From Schmidtea polychroa (lineage: Eukaryota), in NCBI GenBank assembly GCA_044892525.1, contig CM097885.1, positions 9,240,001 to 9,304,000 of the forward strand: a stretch of 64,000 nucleotides of DNA. Reading direction: 5' to 3'. Shown one piece after another: positions 22,920 through 32,545 of the stretch (position 1 is its first letter; the number at the start of each line of letters is the position of its first letter). The notes below the pieces were generated by a model that ran no database searches, was not told where the DNA came from, and saw only the letters and a program-made list of their open reading frames with translations. A program made the position numbers and the translations under genes.

Positions 22920-22948
22920 TTTAAAATGTTAAAATATCAGGGATTATA

Positions 22949-24241
22949 TCAAGAATCTCCCCTAACATTTTCGATTATTGAAATCTTTCCACCATATAAT
23001 TTCATTTCTATTTTCTTTTCTTCTAATATTAATGTATATACTTTAGCTTTAAAATTAGAATCCTTTGTTACATGGAGTGTAACATCAACATTATTTATGG
23101 CTAGGCGATCATCTTGGTCTGAAACATTTATACAAAATATAGAATATAAATTTTTGAAATCTTCTAAACTTAATTGCGGTTCAACTTTGAAATCATAACA
23201 TGTTTCAATATAATTTAGATATGGGAATATGTTTTCATTATTTTCAATATTAAATTCCATTCTATTTATTGGATAATAAGAACTATTTAATTGAATTTGG
23301 ATTGTTTTTAAATTATCAACTCCAATCTTTTGAATAAACAAGTTGTTATTTTTTTGGAAAGATGAATCTACTTCTTTGAATCCAATCAAGATATATCTTG
23401 GTCGGTATACTAAATTTGCTACCTTTATAGAATATGTTGAACCCTCTGTCATACTAAATTCACTACAGATTCTATTTAAATAATTTACATTTATAGACTT
23501 GTTGGAATTTAATCTTTCAAGGAGTTTAATCTCAGAATGTGGGTTTAATGTCCATTCAGGTATATGTAATTCAAGTGTTGATAATTTTAATTTAGCTTTT
23601 GTATCTACAGCTCCATAGAACAATCTTTTATCACCTTCTACTCTATTACAGATGAATTCTATAAAAACATTATGAAGTATACGATTATAGTTTTGAAGGA
23701 ATCCAAACAAGTGTTTTAATTCAAAATAACCTTCAAATTTTTTAGATTTATAAAGTTCAGCTCTTTTATGGTAACCATGGTTTACATCTAAACCATCTTT
23801 ATCTAAATCCCCTTTATTAACATCAGGAATCCAACCTGTTAATTCACCATATTCGTTTTTATAATCACAACCAGTCAAAATAAAATTTAACATTGTAGAA
23901 TATACTCCCGGATGTAAAACAGTTTCAATTTCTGATGATCCTAGTTTTAATCTCATGTTGGAGAATAAATTTGGAAAGAAATTATTTTCTAGGGTTATAT
24001 CTTTGTTTGCTTCAATTTCTAATTCGATTTTATAATATAATTTGGCATTACAAATATCTATAGGGTTTGATGTTTGAAGAGATTGAAAAACTATATCACC
24101 CCTACGATTTAAGTTTGCAATAGATCCTGAAGTTGGGGAGATTTTAAGTACATCGTTTTTCTTGATTTCATGAGTAAATTCTTTATTATAATCAAGATTT
24201 AATTTATTTTTTTCTTGAATTTTAAGATTTATATTATTCAT
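22949..24241 (-). CDS. Major capsid protein (double jelly-roll)
   Basis: 430 aa, beta-rich, with PRYILIGF, IQLNSSYYP and LYSIFCINVS segments typical of Polinton MCP. Expected size and context. Confidence 0.88.
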   Translation of the reverse strand: MNNINLKIQEKNKLNLDYNKEFTHEIKKNDVLKISPTSGSIANLNRRGDIVFQSLQTSNPIDICNAKLYYKIELEIEANKDITLENNFFPNLFSNMRLKLGSSEIETVLHPGVYSTMLNFILTGCDYKNEYGELTGWIPDVNKGDLDKDGLDVNHGYHKRAELYKSKKFEGYFELKHLFGFLQNYNRILHNVFIEFICNRVEGDKRLFYGAVDTKAKLKLSTLELHIPEWTLNPHSEIKLLERLNSNKSINVNYLNRICSEFSMTEGSTYSIKVANLVYRPRYILIGFKEVDSSFQKNNNLFIQKIGVDNLKTIQIQLNSSYYPINRMEFNIENNENIFPYLNYIETCYDFKVEPQLSLEDFKNLYSIFCINVSDQDDRLAINNVDVTLHVTKDSNFKAKVYTLILEEKKIEMKLYGGKISIIENVRGDS

Positions 24242-24297
24242 TTTTATATATTAAAATTTACACACACACAATAGGATTAATTAAATATATTATGTAA

Positions 24298-24370
24298 GCC
24301 ATTATAGCGGAGTGGGAATAGGCTTCAATTTTATCACCGGGAGTACCGGGTTCAATTTTCGATTTTGGTC
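24298..24370 (+). ncRNA. tRNA-like Pol III unit 1
   Basis: A box TAGCGGAGTGG (24305) and B-box-like GGTTCAATTTT (24349) at tRNA spacing; partial acceptor stem GCCA/TGGT; T9 run at ~24385. Anticodon arm does not pair. Confidence 0.6.
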
Positions 24371-24532
24371 AATTTCTTTCGATATTTTTTTTTCAACGGA
24401 ATCTGATTCAGCGTACTGATTTTAGTATATATTTAAATTTTCAGATGGATCTGAGTGGTAGTTGTCGAGAAAATGAATAATTAATTATTAATTTCATCAA
24501 TAAATAGTCACACATTAAAAACTTATTTCATA

Positions 24533-24605
24533 TTGAGTATAGCTTAGTGGTAATAGCACTCGACTGCATTGCCAATACCAATGGGTTCAAATCCCATTTC
24601 GGTCA
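24533..24605 (+). ncRNA. tRNA-like Pol III unit 2, derived from tRNA-Cys(GCA)
   Basis: GTATAGCTTAGTGGTAATAGCACTCGACTGCA closely follows the eukaryotic tRNA-Cys 5' half. Perfect T arm ATGGG-TTCAAAT-CCCAT and a T8 terminator immediately after. Anticodon stem broken. Confidence 0.75.
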
Positions 24606-24772
24606 TTTTTTTTCAAATTTTTTTTTTAAACAAAATATTGATCAGCATACTCGATTTAGTACTTGTACAAATTTTAAAGGTGATTGGTCAACGGCAACTC
24701 TTGGAAATTTAAGATCAAAAACGTTTTAACTTGAATCGATTATTTATAGTCTAAAAAATGACAAAAATTCAA

Positions 24773-24844
24773 ACCTTGATGGCGCAGTGGGCTAGACCGG
24801 CACAGTGGTTCAAATAGATAGCGGTTCAAATCCTAACTGTGGTT
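24773..24844 (+). ncRNA. tRNA-like Pol III unit 3
   Basis: A box TGGCGCAGTGG (24780), B box GGTTCAAATCC (24823) and a second GGTTCAAAT at 24807. ACC/GGT terminal pairing and a T8 terminator at 24847. Confidence 0.68.
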
Positions 24845-25014
24845 AGTTTTTTTTCAACATAAAAATAATATTAAAAATTTAAAAATAATAGTGTGGGTAT
24901 CTTATATTTATAAAGTACTTGTATATTTTATTTTATTTATTTTATTTTATTTTATTTTTTTAATTATTTTAGTTATTTTTTAAACATAAATATGAAAAAA
25001 AAATATTGAAACGG

Positions 25015-25087
25015 GTGATGGTGGCGAACCGGTAATTATCGCCACCTGTCTTTCGAACACCCCCGGATCGATTCTATAATGTGCACA
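25015..25087 (+). ncRNA. Possible tRNA-like Pol III unit 4
   Basis: A-box-like TGGCGAACCGG (25022), D stem GCGA/TCGC, TGT-CTTTCGA-ACA loop and B-box-like GGATCGATTC (25065). Falls on the ~240-bp period. Confidence 0.4.
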
Positions 25088-25444
25088 TTTATTTCTTGGT
25101 TGTTTTCGGACCTCTTTCGGATTCGCTTTCGAATTCATTTGTACTTTCGAGCAGCACGCTTAAAACGCCGTTGAAATCGACTTCGTGAGCGAGAAGCGAA
25201 TAATAAGGCGTGCTGCTATTATCGGATTGATTCTGATGTATGAGTCTGGCCAGCTTGTATATTGGAAGAGATTTGATAAACGAAAGAGGTTGATAAATAA
25301 AAAAAAAATGATCCGGATCAAAAAAAACTGTTGAGGGGACAGTGAAAAAAAAAAAAAAAAAAAAAAAAAAATACCACTGTCCCCTCAGAGCAGTTTTACT
25401 ATTTTCATAAAATTTTTTATTTTTAAAACTTTCAAAACCTTAAG

Positions 25445-25775
25445 GTGATCAGGCGACCTAGATCATTATGAATTAGGTAATCTGATATTCTTATAACATT
25501 AAATCCTTATAACATTAAATCCTTAAGACCAAGTAGTGAGGAATCTATGCACCCCGTTACCTTTTCTCGGAATTATTAATCTATAAATACATCTATTCCG
25601 AACTTTTTTACTTTTAAGGGCAGAAATTAAGGGTTAATGGCAATAGGGGACAAAGTTTAAAAGTTAAAAAAAGTGAAGAATATGGGGTAAAAAAGCATAT
25701 AAATGTGGAAAATATGGGTCAATAGCGCTGTTTTTTTAGGGTGGGGGTGCTGGGGTGCATAGATTCCTCACTACT
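25445..25775 (-). repeat. Right TIR of the Polinton (331 bp, complete)
   Basis: Ends GGGGTGCATAGATTCCTCACTACT; inverted copy of 10796-11118. Confidence 0.95.
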
Positions 25776-25866
25776 CAAATAAATAAGAAAAAAAATGAAA
25801 AATTAACATTAGACGAATTTCAAATCTCAATTTAATCTAAAAACCAATATTTATAAAATGTTTGTT
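25776..25866 (+). repeat. Right copy of the 91-bp flanking direct duplication
   Basis: Identical to 10705-10795 and directly abuts the CTACT terminus. Confidence 0.92.
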
Positions 25867-26398
25867 TATCTACGTCAATAAACAAATTTTCAATATTGAA
25901 ATTTCAAAAGTAAGAGGAAATAATTATTTTTAATTATAATTTATGAATTTTGAAAAACTTTGAAATATTTTAATAATTTCATAATGAAATATTTAATTGT
26001 TTTATTGTCATAATTATTGATTTGAACTTATTCAAATCTGACAAAATATTTGGATTTTTAACATTAACACAGATATTTATTTTATTTTAATTTTGATTTT
26101 CTATTTTAAAATGTTTAAATTTCCATCAAAATTTTACTTTTTGTTATCAAATTTGAATTTAAATAATTTTGTAAGATTTAAAATAATTAAAAAAAATGAA
26201 AATTAACATTAATAAAATTTCGAATTACGCTCAGCTAAAATACAATATTTATAAATTGTTTGTTTATCTACATTAAAATACAAATTATAAATATTGAAAT
26301 TGGAAACGTCAGAGGAAATAATTAATATAATAAGTATGATTTATGATTTATGTTGTAAATGTTGAAATATTTTGATAATTTTGTTAATTTTAGATAAA

Positions 26399-27903
26399 AT
26401 GTTTGCAAGCGTATGGGAAATGATGAAGAGAAATAAATTTGAATTTGATAATGAAATCAGCAACGAATTGATATGCACAATTTGCAAATGTTTAATGATA
26501 AAAGCTTGCCAAGCTCCTTGCGGGTGTCGCTTTTGTTCCGATTGCATTGAGCATTATTTGGATGGAAAAGATAAATTATGTCCAGGAGCAGCAAAATATT
26601 GTCAAGTTCAAATGTTTAATTTCAATGAAAATGTTTTCCAAGATCAGGCGATTAACTTAAGAATATCTGAAGTCATTGTAAAATGCCCAATGCAAAATTG
26701 TGAATTGAAAACCGAGTTATGCATGATGGAGAGCCACATGAGAACATGCAACAAGCAACCAATAAGGTGCCCGTTCAATAGAATTGGATGCGAAATGAAT
26801 GAGGTGGAGAAGGACGAAATGAAAGTCCATCTCAATGAGAACAATGAAGCCCATAGCAAATTATTGATCGATCAGATCAGTAATTTATGCAATGAAATGC
26901 AATCAATGAGAGATGAGAATGTGAGATTGCGTAATGAAATTATCGAATTGAAAGGTGAAATGTCGCAATTCAAACAACAATTTGATAATATCAATGTAAA
27001 TTTTATTTGTAATTAATTTATTGATATTTTGTGATTGTAGGTGAAATTGTGCAATATTGAAAGGAAAGAGGCGGAGAACAGAGATGAAATAGAAGCATTG
27101 AATGAGGAAATGGTGGCATTGAAGAATGAGAATCGCTCATTGAGAATGGAGATGGAGACAAATATTGGATCAATCAATCAAGTTTGATTATTGATTTGAT
27201 TTGTTATTGATTTGTTAATGATGCAAAGCAGATCAGACAGCAAGTTGAGGTGATTGAATCAAATTGTCAACAGCAAATTGTTGAGATGAAAGAGAAATGC
27301 GAGCAGCGGCAGCAACGGGAGAATGAAAAGGTGATTTATTGATTATTTGAAATACTTGAATTTGAGATTCAGTTGCAGCTTGAAATGGCGAAATGCGCCA
27401 ATGAAATTCGGCCCATCAAAAAAAGAAAATTAGCAAATGAAAAATATATAAATTACGGATTTTTTGAATGGGAAATCGATAAATTTTCACAACAAAAGAG
27501 AAATATATATATTTACAGCGAGGCATTTTATTCCGGGCCAATCGGTTACAAAATGTGCTTGGCGGTGATGATTGCGGGTAATTGTGGTTATCGTGTTCTG
27601 CCTGCTTTCTGTTTGATGCGTGGGGCAAATGATGAGCAATTGGATTGGCCGTTCAATCAATCCGTGACAATCGATGTGATCGATCCGGCAAATGGCAACA
27701 TTTATAGGAGCAAGTCAATTAAATATTCAGATATCCCTCGTTATTATCCAGATGATGCCCATTGGAGGAAACCGTCAGGTGACAGAAATCATCCAATTAT
27801 CATTAGTTTGGATTCCTCAATCAATTATGGCATTGGCTATGCCTCAACCTATGAATTAGCAGCCAAAAATGATAAATTGCTGCTCAGGTGCAGAATTGAA
27901 TAA
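26399..27903 (+). CDS. TRAF-family protein (RING, TRAF Zn finger, coiled coil, MATH), 4 exons, ~455 aa
   Basis: Exons 26399-26995, 27041-27181, 27232-27330 and 27373-27903 join in frame through GT-AG introns of 45, 50 and 42 nt. RING CxxC..CGCRFCSDC..C; CPFNRIGC finger; MATH motifs FEWEI..FS, SEAFY...GYKMCL and LMRG.ND.QLDWPF. Confidence 0.92.
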
Positions 27904-29339
27904 TTATGACAAATTTAAAAAACATTTCAATAAAAAATTGATTTATTTTGAATTTTGATCTGATTTATTATTTGCCTTATTATTATTGATTTATTATATG
28001 AGATAATTATTGTGATAATCATTGTCATTCTCCCCCCCCGCGCGCTTTCCATCAGATATTATTATTATATTTATTATAATTAAATTAATAATTAATGTAA
28101 AAGAAATAATCCAATCAAAATTCACCCGAATATAAGTGCTGACAAATCGCCTCAACAAATCAAGCGCTCCTATGACGAATGGAACCGACGAAAAAACCGC
28201 CATCGATGCTGCTGCTGATATTATATGAGTTGTGGAGAAATTATTGCTGTATTGAATGGCAGTAAAATGCACCTAAATGCAATACTAAAATTGCCTTATA
28301 TCAAATTGATTAATGCCTTAACATTTCATCCCCGCCAGCTATTTGTGAGGCATTTCAACGCAATCCGCAACAACAATATTGATAAAATGTTCCAAAATTG
28401 CTTTCACATCAGTTTGGGTAAGTTTACCAAAATGAGAGCTGTCAATGCGATGAGTGCACTCGGTGCTTTCTAAACTCATTCGAATTCTGTTTCGCATTCT
28501 TTAAATAATTAAATGATTTACTTTAATTAATTTTTGTTTTGCATCTTTCACGAAATTTGGATCTCTTAAATGTCTCGGGTCCTATTTGCTAATAATATTA
28601 TTGTTAATATAATAATAATAATAATATTTGCATTTGTAATACTTTTTAAGAGCAAGTTATCTGATTTAATATTAAATATTGTAACATTTCATAAATTTAT
28701 TCACTTTTTCATTCGTTAAATTTTCAAATACAAAATTATTAAAACAAAAAAGATTTTATGTAAATTAATATTTAAATTCACAAATTTGATAAATTTTATA
28801 AATGAATTTTACTTATTAACAAACAGCGAAATTTATCTTCAAATCATGAATATATTAAAAATATAAGATAATAAGAACTCCAGGTAGATCTTAACTCGAA
28901 AGAGTACAAGAAAAATTTTCGGAACCTGAAATTCGTAAACTATAACTGCAAATATGAAAGAGAAACCTTAAAGACTTTGCATACAAAATAAACCAGCATT
29001 ATTAAGAATCCCAGCATTAAAATATAATAAAATATTGTTCAAGATATGGTCTAAATTATTAAAACCTCTCGCAGTGATTTAATGATGATTTTGAAGCAAT
29101 ATAAATGAACCACTAAATACAGTTGACCAAATACAAGAAATTTTACTCAAAGCAAATTATGCCAACTACAATTATATTCACAGAGAAAATGAAACTGAGA
29201 ATAATGGAATGAAGCATTTTTTACAAAACATTTCTTATACAATATGGTAACAAAAAGGCCCCCGGCATAAAGGGCCTCTTATATAAGGGCCCTTGGCAAA
29301 AATGACCTATGTCTAAAGAGCACCCGCCAATAATTCACG

Positions 29340-31300
29340 CCAATTCATGCCCTTTACATTTGCATTTTTCACATTACAAGTTTGTGGCTCCATAATTTTC
29401 GGCTGTGTGATTATTTCTACCACATTTCATGCACCAACTGCCTCTCTTCATCTCGATTGCCTTACGGCTATTGCAATCCTAAGCAATATGACCCTTTTTA
29501 TGACAACAGAAACATTCCACTGGTGATTTCTCCCTATTCATCATGAACAGTTGATTTCTCTAAACTACTCTCTAATATAATTGCTTATCCTGTTAGCTTA
29601 TCATAACTATCTCCCACGTGAAGAGTCAGCGCGTTTCTCAATGCTGAACTGAGTCCTGCCCATTACTGATCTTTTACCAATAACTCTGTTGGTTGTGCCG
29701 AAATAGACTTGAGTCCAAAAGCTCTTTCCTCAATCAACGATAATTGATGAGAAAATTCCCCAACATGATTATTTGGGTTCTGCTTTCTACGATAGAACTG
29801 ATGTCTAAAGATTCTGCCAGCATCTCCGAGTAATATTATAATTGTCATTGCTTCTCTCATGTCTGCCCATGTTTTAGGTATATTGGGAGCTGGTAATGCT
29901 ATTACATCATTGTAATTTTCTCTGGCAAGTCCCTTCTAGTAAATTGGCAGTGTCCTAATCATTATGTTGTCTGGGTAGGCATATGCCTTTGCCATCTGAT
30001 AATATTTAGACATAAATTCTGTGAATTATCCTAGATCACCACTGACTGCCTTAACAGACAATGCATGTTACCTTGCGAAAACATTTGCATTAACTTCATC
30101 TACGATTTGTTGCTTTAGTTTAACTTGTGCTCGAGTTTCAGACGCTATTTTGAGTTTGTATTTCACAATATGCCCACTGATGATTTATAGATCACGTCGT
30201 GCTCACGAAAAGGTTAAGTTCGTAAAGTGTATACATTATCGATTGACTCCATCTATAGGATGTGGCATACATATAATTATTGCCATGAAGTCTATAAATT
30301 CCAGTGGATCTCCTCATACAGGTAGTTTTTGACAACTCACATATTTATTGTCTTCCTTGGAGTTCCCCACAGAAACTGTGGACACGGGTGTTTCGTCATT
30401 GTTATTTGTATTATTAGATTGTCTTTGGGTACTAATTGTATTCGCAACTAGTTTTTGGCTTCTCAATTTATAAAATGATCGGGTCAACACATTTTTCACT
30501 CGTCTAAAATATAAAGTGTTGAAATTACAAAATTCCGATTCGTTTCAATTTTGACTTTTCAATAATTAATTTTTACAATTTTGATTTTTCACTTTGCTTC
30601 AATAACAAAATCACCACTTTAATAATTCTTCGATAATATTCACCACTTTATATCAAATTCTCTTTTTCAATAGATATATATATTTTCCCAATCTTAACAA
30701 ATTTTCACCGACTTTTTATCAAGTCTATATCATTCAGTATTTCAATCAAATATTATCACAAATTCAACGAATTCTCACCGACTATTGATCATATCGGGCT
30801 CACTAAATATGTTGGGTATTTTGTGCAAGTCTGACTAGAGGTATGCTGACTCCTTGGTATGCTTTTGAAATTAAGTTAAACAATCCAACACAAAAATCTT
30901 TATTCGTGACTAATACAATTACACTTTAATTGCAATCTTTATTGACAGAAACACACTTCAAACAACTCTTTTTGCTAAGCACTTTTCAATACCAATGTAA
31001 TCCTTGCTCAGGGATTAATCTTCCAATGGGAGATGTCCCTTTCGGGTACGCTCGATTTCTAAATAATCAATTATCACTAATTTCTAAGTTTTCTACTTCT
31101 TTTTAATGTCGTGTTTCAGAAATTGAAATTGTCCAAATTTGTTGGCCTGAGTGAATCTCTTAATTACGCGCTAGAAAATATATTATTCCATCTTTTTCAT
31201 TTTTTACTAAAATTCTCTATTAAAATTTTGATAATTGTGCTTAGTTTGATTTTGTTTTTGAAATATTTCGTTCGTCCAAGTTTATCGCTCCGATGAATTA
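29340..31300 (-). mobile_element. Degraded LTR retrotransposon 5' part (gag relic, PBS, LTR)
   Basis: Minus strand has two zinc knuckles (CFCCHKKGHIA*DC, CMKCGRNNHTAEN) at ~29390-29520 and GDPLEFIDF at ~30300. An LTR end ...CCCAACA at ~30830 is followed by a PBS-like TAGTGAGCCCG. A related LTR end lies at ~49540-49638. Confidence 0.6.
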
Positions 31301-32545
31301 GTTTTTTTTAGAACAAAATTTTTAATTTCCTTTATTAAACTTACAAATCCTTACAGATCCATTAGCACATCTAATACTGTTTGATGAGATTTTTTTTAAA
31401 TTTTTGTATCGTTGAGGTGAGTCACCAATTATATGACAAAGTTAACTTAATTTCATTTATTCTATTTTTCAAAAATCGTTTTAAAGTAAGTTTTTGAATT
31501 AAAGTAATTTTTAGGACTTGAATTTTGATTTTATATAATTATGAGATCATTATTCAAGTTCTTAAATATTACTGTTAGTCATCATTTATAATATAACACA
31601 TTGATAATTAAATTTCAGGTGTTTTTTAGGAATTTTATGATATTTTATTTGGATTTATTTCGTAAAAATGTAAGTTAGATATTTTTATAATTATAAATAA
31701 GTAAAGTCATCACCAAACATTTATTTTTTTAAGACATCTAGGAAAGAATGGATAAAATAGTTTTTTAAGTTTTTGTAATCTTCTTTCGAATTTTGTCTTT
31801 TTCTGTAATTCTATGAAAATATTAATTTGTTAAAATAATTTATTAAAATTTACGATTTGCGATTTTTTTCCTGCAAATTCAAAGATGTCGAAGGACCTTC
31901 TTCAATATCTGTAAATCTAAAGAAATTTTATATTCTAAATTATTTTATAATTAAATCTTACGATGTATTTTCTTCTTTTTCCCTAAAGCTCAAGGTAGAG
32001 CAGTCAGAATCTGATTCAAAAGTTTTTTTGTACATAACTTTTTAAATAATTTGAAAATATTAATATGTTAATCAATGTTAATTTCGCAAAAAAAAACACT
32101 TTATTAATTTTGTATGTATTTTTCATTATGTGTGCTGTGCTTGTATGCTTAATTATTTTCTCTCACTTTTTAGATTCCTATAATAAATATGTTAAATTTC
32201 GCAGCATTAAATTTTTACACACAGGTAAGTTTGTGTTCCTATAATATATATTTATTGATTTTTTTTTAGATTATAGGCTATGTTATATTTCGCAAACGGG
32301 TGTAGCAAGGTAACTTATGACATTAGGTTGTGCAACATCAAACAGAACGTCACAAATGAGAACGGCATGACGAAAGCTGACCACAAAAGGGGTTCACAAA
32401 TCATGTAACTATGGGTAAATGCTTATAATAAATGTATATAGTTAATTATCCAATAAATGCCAGTTACCATGGTGATTAGAATTTATAGCCAGAAATACAA
32501 AATAATCAATTTATTATTAAACAACAAAATAAAAACAAGAATGAT

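Larger units (their letters stand above)
10796..25775. mobile_element. Polinton/Maverick (adintovirus-like) endogenous virus, ~15 kb, all ORFs open
   Basis: ~330-bp TIRs, right end ...CACTACT (AGTAGT terminus), and ORFs for pPolB, rve integrase, A32-like ATPase, adenain-like protease, and major and minor capsid proteins. Confidence 0.97.

Noticed and set aside
24298..25087. Calling the tRNA-like units functional tRNAs
   Set aside because: Anticodon stems do not pair and acceptor stems have several mismatches, so they are reported as tRNA-like ncRNA candidates.
6179..27903. Idea that the two TRAF copies are a giant duplication made by the Polinton, or viral cargo
   Set aside because: Both lie outside the TIRs and are diverged, whereas the Polinton's own 91-bp duplication is identical. 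The TRAF duplication is older.
27994..28500. Exon-like GC-richer blocks on the minus strand downstream of TRAF
   Set aside because: I could not build a consistent spliced ORF or recognise a domain; left unannotated.
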